From an uncultured Marinoscillum sp. (GTDB lineage Bacteria > Bacteroidota > Bacteroidia > Cytophagales > MED-G16): a stretch of 64,000 bases of DNA. Position 1 is the stretch's first letter, and the number at the start of each line of letters is the position of its first letter. A program made the translations under genes and the position numbers. Where the stretch lies: assembly GCA_964467915.1 (NCBI GenBank), contig CAYXSW010000004.1, positions 4,476 through 68,475 on the forward strand. Reading direction: 5' to 3'. Positions 9,442 through 19,179 of this stretch are shown piece by piece. The notes beneath the pieces are model-generated. The model did no database searches. It saw nothing but the letters and a program-made list of their open reading frames with translations, and was not told the DNA's origin.

Positions 9442-9771
9442 ATGTTTGACATGATGAAAATGATGGGCAAAATTAAAGAGGCTCAAGAAAAAATGAAACT
9501 CGTTAAAGAAGAACTGGATCAAATTAAGATAAAATCGGAATCTGGTGCAGGACTTGTTAAAGTACACATAAACGGTAAAAAAGAAGTAATTTCTATTGAT
9601 ATAGATGAAAGTATTTTAAATGAAAGGGACATGGTTCAAGACTTAGTAGTTGCTGCTATAAATAAAGGATTAAAAGAAATTGACATTAAAATTCAAAACC
9701 ATATGAAAGAAAAGACTGGAGATATAATACCTAATATTCCAGGTTTTGATATGGGAAATCTATTTAAATGA
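9442..9771 (+). CDS. YbaB/EbfC family nucleoid-associated protein
   Basis: 109 aa. MMGKIKEAQEKMKLVKEEL...GAGLVKVHINGKKEV...DLVVAAINKGLKE is typical of YbaB. Confidence 0.85.
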   Translation: MFDMMKMMGKIKEAQEKMKLVKEELDQIKIKSESGAGLVKVHINGKKEVISIDIDESILNERDMVQDLVVAAINKGLKEIDIKIQNHMKEKTGDIIPNIPGFDMGNLFK

Positions 9772-10784
9772 TTAAATCAGAAAAAAGAATTTCTATAGCA
9801 ATATTAAATTACAATGGAGAAAAATATTTAGAGAAATTTTTACCGTCTGTAATTAAATATTCAGACAAAAAACTTTCCTCAATTTATGTTATTGATAATA
9901 ATTCTTCTGATGATTCTATCTCATTAATTAGAAAAAATTTCCCTTCAGTAAAAATTATTCTAAATAAAAAAAATTATGGGTATGCCAAAGGATATAATCT
10001 CGGGTTAAAAAAAATAAAATCTGATTATCTAATACTAATAAATAATGACGTAGAAGTTAGTAAAAATTGGTTAGTTCCTATGTTTCATTCAATGGAAGAA
10101 AATAACAATATAGGATCGTGTCAACCCAAGATATTATCTTATAAAAATAAAAGTTCATTTGAATATGCAGGAGCATCTGGTGGATATATTGATTTTTTAG
10201 GATATCCGTACTGCAGAGGAAGAATTTTTAATACTGTAGAATTAGATAAGGGACAGTACGATTCATCAAAAGAAATTTTTTGGTCTTCAGGGGCATGCAT
10301 TATGATTAGAAATGAATTGTTTAAAGATTTGGGAGGCTTTGATGAAACTTTTTATGCGCACATGGAAGAAATAGATTTATGCTGGAGGATACAAAGGGTC
10401 GGTTTAAAAAATTATTGTTTTCCAAAAAGTGTAGTATATCATCTAGGTGGAGGTACACTAAATTATAATAATCCAAAAAAAACATTCTTAAACTTTAGAA
10501 ATAACCTCATAATGATTACTAAGAATGAACCTCTAATGTCAATTATAATAAAGTTGCCTATAAGATTATTTCTAGATTTTTTTGCCAGTATTTACCTTTT
10601 AATAAAAAATAAGTCTTTAATACATTTGCTAGAAGTTATAAAAGCCTATATCTCATTTATATTGAAGTTCCCCCAGTTATTATTTAAAAGGAAAAATACA
10701 AAAATGAACTCAATCAAAATGAGTAAAAGTATTATTCCATTGGAATATTACTTGAGAGGGAAAAAAAGGTTTAGTGATTTATAG
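9768..10784 (+). CDS. Family 2 glycosyltransferase
   Basis: ISIAILNYNG...VIDNNSSDDS...LINNDVEV and the EEIDLCWR motif of rhamnosyltransferase-like GT2 enzymes. Confidence 0.8.
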   Translation: MIKSEKRISIAILNYNGEKYLEKFLPSVIKYSDKKLSSIYVIDNNSSDDSISLIRKNFPSVKIILNKKNYGYAKGYNLGLKKIKSDYLILINNDVEVSKNWLVPMFHSMEENNNIGSCQPKILSYKNKSSFEYAGASGGYIDFLGYPYCRGRIFNTVELDKGQYDSSKEIFWSSGACIMIRNELFKDLGGFDETFYAHMEEIDLCWRIQRVGLKNYCFPKSVVYHLGGGTLNYNNPKKTFLNFRNNLIMITKNEPLMSIIIKLPIRLFLDFFASIYLLIKNKSLIHLLEVIKAYISFILKFPQLLFKRKNTKMNSIKMSKSIIPLEYYLRGKKRFSDL

Positions 10785-10814
10785 TGATTTATTCTCAATA
10801 TTGATAAAAATATG

Positions 10815-10822
10815 TATTTTTG
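10815..10822 (+). promoter_or_regulatory. TAnnTTTG box (TATTTTTG) upstream of the 10866 lipoprotein gene
   Basis: Exact motif match 44 nt upstream of the ATG. Confidence 0.3.
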
Positions 10823-10865
10823 TTCCTTAAGTAAAAGCTTAATTAAGAACTTATAATTATTAAAC

Positions 10866-12671
10866 ATGAAAAATATTAATATTTTAAATTTAGTTTTTGT
10901 TGTATTATTTACAATATCTGCATGTAATCCGCTTAAGAAAATGGTAGAATTGTCTAAACAACAACAAATAAAAGTAAATCCTAATCCAATTGAATTATCT
11001 GGATCAAAAGTATCTTTTGATGTAGAGTCAACTCTTCCAAAGGGTATGTTACCAAAAGGGACTAGTTATACATTGAATTTTAATTTTGAAGGAACAGATG
11101 TTGGATCTATGGAATTCATAGCGTCTGACTACCCGAACAGTACTTCTTCAACATCTAAATCTACTAAAACATTATCTGTACCATATAATAGTTCAGTAAT
11201 GGGAGGAACACCTGGAAAATTGTCTGTAGTTGGTACTGCAAAAGTTGTAGTAACAGGTAAAAGTTTAGATACAGAATCTAATGATGTAGCTGATGGGGTA
11301 AATAGAACTATAACTTTTACTAGAGCAAGTCAGATTCCTACACCAAAAGCATATCCTGGATATACTGATGCTGAAGAAACTGAAGTAACTTCTGTAGACT
11401 TCTACTTTAACCAAGGAAGTTCTTTTCTAAGAGGTTCAGAGAAGAAAAGTGATAGAGGAGAACAATTTGCTGCATTTGTTGCTGAAAAAAATATAACTAA
11501 AGGTGTAAATATAACTGGAGCACACTCACCAGAAGGTTCTACAAAAGTAAATGAAACACTTGCAGGAAAAAGAGCGGATGCTATTGAAAAATATTATAGA
11601 GCTCAAATGGACAAATATGATTATAAAGATGAAGCAGAATCTATAGGATTTGATTTAGTTCCAGTAGTAGAAAATTGGGATGGTTTAAGAAGAGCTCTAA
11701 GAGGTTCAAGTTCACTTTCAAGAACAGAGAGATCTCAGATTTCATCTATAATTAATGGTGGAGGATCATTTGTAGATAAAGAAAAATCATTGTCTAAATT
11801 GAGTTTTTATAAGACTTTAATGAAGGAAATTTATCCTGACCTTAGAACATCTAGAACAGAGGTTGTAACGGTTATCGAAAAGAAACCTAACAATGAGATT
11901 CTTGCAATAGCTCAAAATATAGTATCTGGAGAAGCTTCTTCAGATGCATTATCACATGGTGAATTATTATTTGCTGCTGGTTTAACTCCTGACCTTAAAG
12001 AAAAAGCTTCAATATATGGCGCTGCTGTTAAATGGGGAGGAACATGGCAAGCTCATAATGATTTTGGATCTATACATATACAACTTGCAAGGGAGGAGGA
12101 AGAAGGATCTGAGGCTCAACTTAAATTATTAGAAGCTGGTAAAACTCAATTAGATATTTCTAATACTAAAAATGAAAACGCTGAAGCACATTTAAATTTA
12201 GCTGCAATTGCAGCAATGCAATACGATTGGACTCTTGCTAATGAGCATATCAATAAAGCTGCTGGTTTAGACCTTACTTATGCTGAGGGAAGATACAATA
12301 TGGCTAAAGGAACAATTTTAATTCCTCTTGGTGATTATGAAAACGCTTTAAATCATCTGAATAAAGTAGGAGAAAGAGGTTGGGCAAAGTGGAGAAAAGG
12401 TATTGTTCAACTAATGTCATATAATTTTGACGAAGCTAAAAAAGAGATGGCAGCACTAAGAAAACAATTCAAAGAGAGTGATTGGAAAGAAAACGGAGGG
12501 ATTGATTATATTCATGCAATTATATCAGCAAGAGAAGGTGATTCAAATGCTGTAGCCGAAAACCTTAAAACTGCTTTATCAAAAGATGAAGATGGGTTGT
12601 TAAAGGAAAGACTTGTCAATGATGTTGAATTCTTAAATTACTCTGATGCAGTAAATGCTGCAATGAATTAA
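10866..12671 (+). CDS. Large lipoprotein with a degenerate OmpA-like core and TPR-like helical C-terminal half
   Basis: Lipobox FTISAC. VDFYFNQGSS...ITGAHSPEGSTKVNETLAGKRADAIEKYY resembles an OmpA C-terminal-like peptidoglycan-binding module. A/E/L-rich helical repeats after about aa 340. Followed by a strong terminator. Confidence 0.55.
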   Translation: MKNINILNLVFVVLFTISACNPLKKMVELSKQQQIKVNPNPIELSGSKVSFDVESTLPKGMLPKGTSYTLNFNFEGTDVGSMEFIASDYPNSTSSTSKSTKTLSVPYNSSVMGGTPGKLSVVGTAKVVVTGKSLDTESNDVADGVNRTITFTRASQIPTPKAYPGYTDAEETEVTSVDFYFNQGSSFLRGSEKKSDRGEQFAAFVAEKNITKGVNITGAHSPEGSTKVNETLAGKRADAIEKYYRAQMDKYDYKDEAESIGFDLVPVVENWDGLRRALRGSSSLSRTERSQISSIINGGGSFVDKEKSLSKLSFYKTLMKEIYPDLRTSRTEVVTVIEKKPNNEILAIAQNIVSGEASSDALSHGELLFAAGLTPDLKEKASIYGAAVKWGGTWQAHNDFGSIHIQLAREEEEGSEAQLKLLEAGKTQLDISNTKNENAEAHLNLAAIAAMQYDWTLANEHINKAAGLDLTYAEGRYNMAKGTILIPLGDYENALNHLNKVGERGWAKWRKGIVQLMSYNFDEAKKEMAALRKQFKESDWKENGGIDYIHAIISAREGDSNAVAENLKTALSKDEDGLLKERLVNDVEFLNYSDAVNAAMN

Positions 12672-12695
12672 AATTTTTATTATTTTTTAAATTAA

Positions 12696-12724
12696 AGGCC
12701 TCTAAATTAGAGGCCTTTTTTTAT
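12696..12724 (+). terminator. Rho-independent terminator
   Basis: Perfect 9-bp stem AGGCCTCTA / TAGAGGCCT with a 3-nt loop, followed by a T-run (12716-12722). Confidence 0.8.
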
Positions 12725-12729
12725 TTTTG
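12722..12729 (+). promoter_or_regulatory. TAnnTTTG box (TATTTTTG) immediately upstream of pdhB
   Basis: Exact motif overlapping the terminator T-tract. Six nt separate it from ATG 12736. Confidence 0.3.
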
Positions 12730-12735
12730 CACCAG

Positions 12736-13713
12736 ATGAGAGAAATACAATTTAGAGAAGCACTTAGAGAAGCAATGGTTGAAGAAATGAGATTAGATAA
12801 AAGTGTTTATTTAATTGGAGAAGAAGTTGCTGAATATAATGGAGCCTATAAAGTTAGCTTAGGAATGCTCGAAGAATTTGGGGCTGAAAGAGTAATAGAC
12901 ACACCTATAGCTGAAACTGGATTCAGTGGACTTGGAGTTGGATCAGCCATGAATGGTCTTCGTCCAATAGTTGAATTTATGACTTTCAATTTTTCATTAG
13001 TAGCTATTGACCAAATTATTAATGGTGCGGCTAAAATGTATCAAATGTCTGGAGGTCAATTTAATATTCCAATAGTCTTCAGAGGACCTACAGGTAATGC
13101 AGGACAATTAGGTGCTCAACATTCTCAAAATTTTGAGAATTGGTATGCGAATACCCCAGGTTTAAAGGTTGTAATTCCTTCAAATCCTTACGATGCTAAA
13201 GGTTTATTAAAAACTTCAATTAGAGATGATGATCCGGTAATATTTATGGAGTCAGAACTTATGTATGGAGATAAGGGACAAGTACCTGAAGAAGAATACC
13301 TAATCCCAATAGGAAAATCTAATCTGGTTCATGAGGGGAAAGACGTAACTTTAGTATCATTTGGTAAAATGATGAAAGTTGCTGAAGAAGCTTACAATGC
13401 TGCATCAAAAGAAAATATTGATGTTGAATTAATTGACTTAAGATCAGTAAGACCTATTGACTATGATAGTATTATTAATTCTGTTAAAAAGACAAATCGT
13501 TTGGTAATCATAGAAGAAGCATGGCCTCTAGCCTCAATTTCCTCAGAAATAAGTCATCACATTCAAAGGTTTGCATTCGATTATCTTGATGCACCAGTTC
13601 ATAGAGTAACATGTGAAGATGTTCCATTTCATTACGCTCCAACTCTAATAAAAGAAATTATCCCGAGTGTTGATAAGGCAATGAAAGCAATTAAAGCAGT
13701 AACTTATAAATAA
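12736..13713 (+). CDS. pdhB: Pyruvate dehydrogenase E1 component, beta subunit
   Basis: Transketolase-pyrimidine-binding type sequence (REALREAM..EE...D..V.L.GEEV..Y.GAYKV..G). ATG 12736 is preferred over the track's TTG 12727, which lies in the terminator T-tract. Confidence 0.9.
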   Translation: MREIQFREALREAMVEEMRLDKSVYLIGEEVAEYNGAYKVSLGMLEEFGAERVIDTPIAETGFSGLGVGSAMNGLRPIVEFMTFNFSLVAIDQIINGAAKMYQMSGGQFNIPIVFRGPTGNAGQLGAQHSQNFENWYANTPGLKVVIPSNPYDAKGLLKTSIRDDDPVIFMESELMYGDKGQVPEEEYLIPIGKSNLVHEGKDVTLVSFGKMMKVAEEAYNAASKENIDVELIDLRSVRPIDYDSIINSVKKTNRLVIIEEAWPLASISSEISHHIQRFAFDYLDAPVHRVTCEDVPFHYAPTLIKEIIPSVDKAMKAIKAVTYK

Positions 13714-15042
13714 TTATTTATCATTTAGTCCTAGAGCGGACATCATACCTGAAGGACCTGTTTTCTTCATTATTTTCATCATCTTCTTCATCTGACTAAA
13801 CTGCTTAATTAACTGATTGATTTCTTGTACAGAAGTTCCACTGCCATTAGCAATCCTTTTTTTACGATTTCCATTTAGTATATCTGGATTTTTTCTTTCT
13901 AATGGTGTCATAGAATAAATTATTGACTCAATTGGTTTGAAAGATTCATCATCAACATCTAAATCTTTAACTTTTGAAGAAACACCAGGCATCATCCCAA
14001 TTAAATCTTTTAGATTTCCCATCTTCTTTATTTTCTGAATTTGAGAGAGGAAATCATCTAACCCAAAAGTGTTCTGAAACATTTTCTTTTGAAGTTTTCT
14101 TGCTTCATCTTCGTCAAAGTTTTGTTGAGCTCTTTCTACTAGACTTATAACATCACCCATTCCTAGGATTCTTTTTGCCATCCTATCTGGATGGAAAACA
14201 TCTAGAGCGTCCATCTTCTCACCTGTACTTATAAACTTTATAGGTTTATCAACAACTTTTCTGATTGATAAAGCAGAACCACCTCTTGAATCTCCATCAA
14301 GTTTTGTTAAAACTACACCATCATAATCAATAGCTTCATTAAATGACTTAGCAGTTAAAACAGCATCCTGCCCTATCATGGAGTCAACTACAAATAAAGT
14401 CTCATGAGGCTTCAATGATTTTTTTAAGCCCTTAATCTCCTCCATCATCTTTTCATCTATAGCTAATCTTCCTGCAGTATCAATTATAACAGACTTAAAG
14501 CCATTTTCTTTAGCATGCTTAATAGCTTTTTTTGCAATATTTAAGGGAGATTTAGATTTAGAATCAGAAAAGACTTCAATTTTAAGTTCCTCTCCTATTA
14601 CATGCAATTGTTCAATTGCCGCTGGCCTATAAACATCACAAGCAACCATAAGAGTTTTCTTCCCTTTTTTTGTTAAGTATCTACCTAGTTTACCTGTAAA
14701 TGTAGTTTTACCAGATCCTTGAAGGCCAGATAATAAAATTATGTTAGGGTTACCATCCAAAGAAATTTCTGCAGATTCACCTCCCATCAGTTCTGTCAAT
14801 TCATCCGCCACTATTTTAGTTAATAATTGTCCAGGTGAGACAGAAATTAAAACGTTTTGCCCCATAGCTTCCTCTCTAATTTTAGAGGTAATCTCTTTTG
14901 CAACTTTATAGCTAACATCAGCATCAATTAATGCTCTTCTTATTTCCTTAATAGTTGCAGCAACATTAATCTCTGTGATTCTACCTTGACCTTTTAATAC
15001 TTTAAAAGCTCTATCTAATTTATTACTTAAGTTTTCAAACAT
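13714..15042 (-). CDS. ffh: Signal recognition particle protein
   Basis: 442 aa. GLQGSGKTT P-loop, DTAGR, TKLDGD, and Met-rich M domain (KKMGNLKDLIGMMPG). Confidence 0.95.
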   Translation of the reverse strand: MFENLSNKLDRAFKVLKGQGRITEINVAATIKEIRRALIDADVSYKVAKEITSKIREEAMGQNVLISVSPGQLLTKIVADELTELMGGESAEISLDGNPNIILLSGLQGSGKTTFTGKLGRYLTKKGKKTLMVACDVYRPAAIEQLHVIGEELKIEVFSDSKSKSPLNIAKKAIKHAKENGFKSVIIDTAGRLAIDEKMMEEIKGLKKSLKPHETLFVVDSMIGQDAVLTAKSFNEAIDYDGVVLTKLDGDSRGGSALSIRKVVDKPIKFISTGEKMDALDVFHPDRMAKRILGMGDVISLVERAQQNFDEDEARKLQKKMFQNTFGLDDFLSQIQKIKKMGNLKDLIGMMPGVSSKVKDLDVDDESFKPIESIIYSMTPLERKNPDILNGNRKKRIANGSGTSVQEINQLIKQFSQMKKMMKIMKKTGPSGMMSALGLNDK

Positions 15043-15049
15043 AACACTA

Positions 15050-15057
15050 CAAAAATA
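15050..15057 (-). promoter_or_regulatory. TAnnTTTG box (TATTTTTG on minus strand) upstream of ffh
   Basis: Plus-strand CAAAAATA. Seven nt separate it from the ffh start codon at 15042. Confidence 0.3.
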
Positions 15058-15126
15058 ACAATTAAAGCAAATAATGATTCATTTATTTAACTAATACTCA
15101 GTATATTTCATAAATCTTTAATTAAT

Positions 15127-17559
15127 ATGAATATTATAATAAAACATATCATATCTCTTATAGTATTTATTTCATTAACAGTCTATTTGTTTAGTCCAGT
15201 GTTTTTTGAAAATAAAGAAATCAAACAACACGATATAGAGCAGTGGAAATATTCTGCTAACGAAACTATTGAATTTAGAAAAAATAATAATGAGGAGGCC
15301 TTATGGTCAAATTCCATGTTTTCAGGAATGCCAGCATATTTAATAGATGTGAAATGGAGTAATTATATAATATCTCACATTCATAAGATATATAGCCTTT
15401 TTTTTCCTCATCCTGTAAGTAACATACTTATCAGTTTTATTTCATTTTATATAATGCTTCTTTGTTTTAGAATGAAGCCAGAAATAGCTCTTTTTGGCTC
15501 TATAGCATTTACTCTATCATCTTACTTAATTATAGGTGTTGCTGCTGGTCACAATGCAAGAATAGGAACAGTTGCATTATTGCCACTAATTATTGGGGGT
15601 GTACATTTGTGTATTAATAAAAATAGAAACTTAGGTTTTATTCTAACAGCAGTTGCTATTGCTCTTCAATTAAGATTAAATCACCTTCAAATAACTTATT
15701 ATACTTTATTTATATTGATTTTCTATGGAAGCAGTCAATTAATCTATCATTATTATAAAAATGAAATAAAATTGTATGTTAATAGAATTTTAGTTCTGAT
15801 AGTAGCAGCTATATTAGCTATAGGAACTTTTTATGGTGAGATATGGTCAGTTCTAGAGTATTCAAGTGAGTCAATAAGAGGGAAGTCTGAAATTACAAAC
15901 ACATCAGGTCTAGATAAAGATTATGCTTTTCAGTATAGTAATGGTCTTTTTGAACCTCTCACTTTATTTTTACCAAATATACTTGGTGGCTCAAGTAGAC
16001 AGACATTAGATAGAGACTCTAACCTAGGAAAAGCATTAAGAAAAAATAATATGAGTACTATTCAAATTAATAATCAACTCAGAAATGTACCAACTTACTG
16101 GGGAGATCAACCTCTTACAGCACCCTATTTCGCAGGTAGTATAAGTTTATTCCTATTAATTTTAGGAATAATGATTTTGAAAAAATCAGAGAAAAATTGG
16201 ATAATAGCATTATTAGCAATTAGTGTTTTACTAAGTATGGGTAGTAATTTGAGTTTTATTAATAATATATTCTTTGATTACCTTCCAGGTTACAATAAAT
16301 TTAGATCAGTAACCTTCATAATAGTAATTTCTTTATTTTCTTTATCTCTGTTTTCAGCACTAACACTTAACAAGTTATTGTCAGATACTAAAAAATATAA
16401 AGAATATGCATTTAAAGCATTCTTATACTCTATATCTGTTTATATATTTATTTTTTGTATAAGTTTTATTTTAAATTTTTCAGGTGCAGTTGATTCTAAT
16501 TTTCAAAATTTTCCAAATTGGTTTACTGACGCATTAATACAAGACAGAAAAAGTCTACTTATTTCAGATTTAGGATATGCGTCAATATTTACTATAATTT
16601 TATATACAGCCTATCTAGGGATTATTTATAAAAACTTCAATAAAAACATATTAATTATTATATCAATATTAATAATTTCTTTCGATCATATGAGGATAAA
16701 TTCTACACTCTTAAGAGATGATAAAAGTTGCGAAATTTATGGTGACTGTACATTCATAAATAAAAAATCAAAAAAAATATCCTTAAGCGAATCAGATCAG
16801 TTTATTTTAGAAAATAACTCTGATCGTAAAAGGGTGTATAATTTGCAGAATACATTTAATGAAGCAAAAACATCTTACTTCCATTCCTCAATTGGAGGAT
16901 ATCATGGAGCAAAAATAAGAAGGTATCAAGATTTAATTGAGAGAAATATTACTAAAGAAAAACAGGTGCTTGTAGAAAAACTTCAAAATAATAATATTGA
17001 TTTTAGTAATCTTCAAGTAATAAATATGCTCAATGTTGGATATTTAAAATTTGGTGAGAATAGAAATAATGTTGTAGAAAATAATTATTCTAATGGTAAT
17101 GCATGGTATATAAAAAATCTGATACCAGCAAATTCCGCAAAGGAAGAGATTGAAATGTTAAATAACATTAACACAAAATTTGATGCTGTTTATGATAATT
17201 CAATATTTAATCCAAATAATATAGAATATTCTACCCAAGGAGTAATTCAAGTGGTTGAACATAATCCAAATAAAATTATTTACAAATCTGAAAATCAAAA
17301 AAAATCTTTTGTAGTATTTTCTGAAATATATTATCCTCGTGGATGGAGAGTGTTCATAGATGGAAAAGAAACTAAACTTATTAGGGTAAATTATATACTT
17401 AGAGGCTTAGAGGTTAATCCAGGAGAACATACAATTGAAATGAGATTTGAACCATTATCATATAAAATTGGTGATAAAGTTATTTTAGCTTCAAATTATA
17501 TCCTTTTAATATTATTAATTATTATTATAATTTTTGAAATAAAAAAAAATAGAAAATGA
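15127..17559 (+). CDS. YfhO-family polytopic membrane protein (GT-C-like glycosyltransferase candidate)
   Basis: 810 aa. About 12 or more N-terminal TM segments, a large extracytoplasmic C-terminal domain and a terminal TM. This architecture and size are typical of Bacteroidota YfhO proteins. Confidence 0.6.
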   Translation: MNIIIKHIISLIVFISLTVYLFSPVFFENKEIKQHDIEQWKYSANETIEFRKNNNEEALWSNSMFSGMPAYLIDVKWSNYIISHIHKIYSLFFPHPVSNILISFISFYIMLLCFRMKPEIALFGSIAFTLSSYLIIGVAAGHNARIGTVALLPLIIGGVHLCINKNRNLGFILTAVAIALQLRLNHLQITYYTLFILIFYGSSQLIYHYYKNEIKLYVNRILVLIVAAILAIGTFYGEIWSVLEYSSESIRGKSEITNTSGLDKDYAFQYSNGLFEPLTLFLPNILGGSSRQTLDRDSNLGKALRKNNMSTIQINNQLRNVPTYWGDQPLTAPYFAGSISLFLLILGIMILKKSEKNWIIALLAISVLLSMGSNLSFINNIFFDYLPGYNKFRSVTFIIVISLFSLSLFSALTLNKLLSDTKKYKEYAFKAFLYSISVYIFIFCISFILNFSGAVDSNFQNFPNWFTDALIQDRKSLLISDLGYASIFTIILYTAYLGIIYKNFNKNILIIISILIISFDHMRINSTLLRDDKSCEIYGDCTFINKKSKKISLSESDQFILENNSDRKRVYNLQNTFNEAKTSYFHSSIGGYHGAKIRRYQDLIERNITKEKQVLVEKLQNNNIDFSNLQVINMLNVGYLKFGENRNNVVENNYSNGNAWYIKNLIPANSAKEEIEMLNNINTKFDAVYDNSIFNPNNIEYSTQGVIQVVEHNPNKIIYKSENQKKSFVVFSEIYYPRGWRVFIDGKETKLIRVNYILRGLEVNPGEHTIEMRFEPLSYKIGDKVILASNYILLILLIIIIIFEIKKNRK

Positions 17560-17936
17560 GATATATTCTTATAATCATTTTGACTAGCTGCACTATAAAT
17601 AAAAAACCGAATCTAAACCTAAATCAATCAAATGAAATTAAAGTCTCACAAAAAAGTAATGTAAGTTTATTGAATAGAATAAGATCAAATCCAGGAATCT
17701 ACATAGAAGGATACGGAGAATCAGCTAGGGTTTTTACTAAAGGCATATCAAGTATTAACAATCAAAAAGAAGTTCTTTTTATTTTGGATGGAGTTAAAGT
17801 AGGAAATTATTCAAAATTGGTAAATATTCTAGACCCCACTAAAATAAAAAATATAGAAGTCTTAAAAAATGCTAATGAAATAGCTTTTTACGGTTTTTTG
17901 GGGTCTGGAGGAGTAATTTTAATAAAAACTCAATAA
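17556..17936 (+). CDS. Small lipoprotein with TonB-dependent-receptor plug-like domain (paralog 1)
   Basis: Lipobox ILTSC. LLNRIRSNPGIYIEG...VLFILDGVKVGN...LDPTKIKNIEVLKNANEIAFYG..GSGGVILIKT mirrors the N-terminal plug of SusC/TBDTs. ATGA overlap with yfhO. Confidence 0.6.
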   Translation: MRYILIIILTSCTINKKPNLNLNQSNEIKVSQKSNVSLLNRIRSNPGIYIEGYGESARVFTKGISSINNQKEVLFILDGVKVGNYSKLVNILDPTKIKNIEVLKNANEIAFYGFLGSGGVILIKTQ

Positions 17937-17944
17937 ATTTATAT

Positions 17945-18322
17945 ATGAAAAAAATATTAATATTATTGATAATATCTGTATTGACTTCATGTCAAGTTAG
18001 TAATACATCTCAATCAAAAGATATTAAATCAAAAACTACACTTAGTCTCTTGGATAGACTTAGGTCATTACCAGGTTTAAGAATAAGTGGATTTGATGAA
18101 AGGAATGCTGAGATCTATTTAAGAGGTCAGACAAGTGTTAAATATTATAAAGAAGTACTTTTCTTCGTAAACGGGAATAGAGTTGGAAATTATAGCTCTG
18201 CTTACCAACTTCTTCAACCGGATAACATTGATAGTATCAAACTACTAAAGAGCAGTTCAGAGCTTAATGTTTATGGAGCAGACGGAAGAGATGGAGTCAT
18301 ATTAATTAAAACAAAAAATTAG
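17945..18322 (+). CDS. Small lipoprotein with TonB-dependent-receptor plug-like domain (paralog 2)
   Basis: Lipobox VLTSC. LLDRLRSLPGLRISG...VLFFVNGNRVGN...LQPDNIDSIKLLKSSSELNVYGADGRDGVILIKTK. Roughly 40% identical by eye to the upstream ORF. Confidence 0.6.
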   Translation: MKKILILLIISVLTSCQVSNTSQSKDIKSKTTLSLLDRLRSLPGLRISGFDERNAEIYLRGQTSVKYYKEVLFFVNGNRVGNYSSAYQLLQPDNIDSIKLLKSSSELNVYGADGRDGVILIKTKN

Positions 18323-19179
18323 AAAATTTTTGGGAAGAATATAGGAGTATTTTTTTTGTACTCAATATATTTTTTGTTGTCACCCCATCTTTTTTCTGCA
18401 ATATTTTCTAATAAATTCACTCCGCTAATCTTGTTAAGTAATAAATAAACAAAAAGAGGAGAAATTAGAGCAATTAATTGGTATCCTTCAAAATATGGAA
18501 ATGATATTATTGTTATACCTAACCATAACAGAAACTCACCAAAGTAATTTGGGTGACGTGATCTCGACCATAATCCACTAGATATAAAAGAACCCTTATT
18601 TATTTTATTAAATTGAGTTTTTTGATGATCAGCAATGATTTCAATCATAAAACCAATAAACCATAACAAGGAACCAACAATAGTAAAAGAGTTAAAATTA
18701 TTTTGATTAGAACTCATCACAATAATGGCAGGAAAAAGACACATAAAAACCCAAAGACCTTGAATTGTAAATGTCATTAAAAACCACGAAAATGATTGTT
18801 TAATTTTAATAAATCTTACGTCCTGTCCAGTTCTCTTTACTCTAAAAAACAAAAAGGAACTTAATCTTAAAGCCCATAATGAGATAAATACAACTAATAG
18901 TAAAGAAGTAATATCAAATTGATATACTTGAGATTTAACTAAATAAGAAATGATTATGGTAGATATAAAGGTAATACCTCCAGTTAAATCATAATAATGT
19001 TCAGTTTTAAATATAAATGATGGGATAAATACTATAATTTGAATTATAAAAATTAAGAACCATAGTGAATAAATAATAGGTATTCCATTAAAAATTATCA
19101 TATTATATGAAGAAATATAACACATCACAAAAGTGATAATCATGATAGATACTGTAACTAAATTATATATTTTCAACAA
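18319..19179 (-). CDS. DUF1295 family membrane protein (steroid 5-alpha-reductase/ICMT-like fold)
   Basis: 286 aa, polytopic. C-terminal SRHPNYFGEFLLWLG motif is characteristic of DUF1295. Confidence 0.7.
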   Translation of the reverse strand: MLKIYNLVTVSIMIITFVMCYISSYNMIIFNGIPIIYSLWFLIFIIQIIVFIPSFIFKTEHYYDLTGGITFISTIIISYLVKSQVYQFDITSLLLVVFISLWALRLSSFLFFRVKRTGQDVRFIKIKQSFSWFLMTFTIQGLWVFMCLFPAIIVMSSNQNNFNSFTIVGSLLWFIGFMIEIIADHQKTQFNKINKGSFISSGLWSRSRHPNYFGEFLLWLGITIISFPYFEGYQLIALISPLFVYLLLNKISGVNLLENIAEKRWGDNKKYIEYKKNTPIFFPKIF

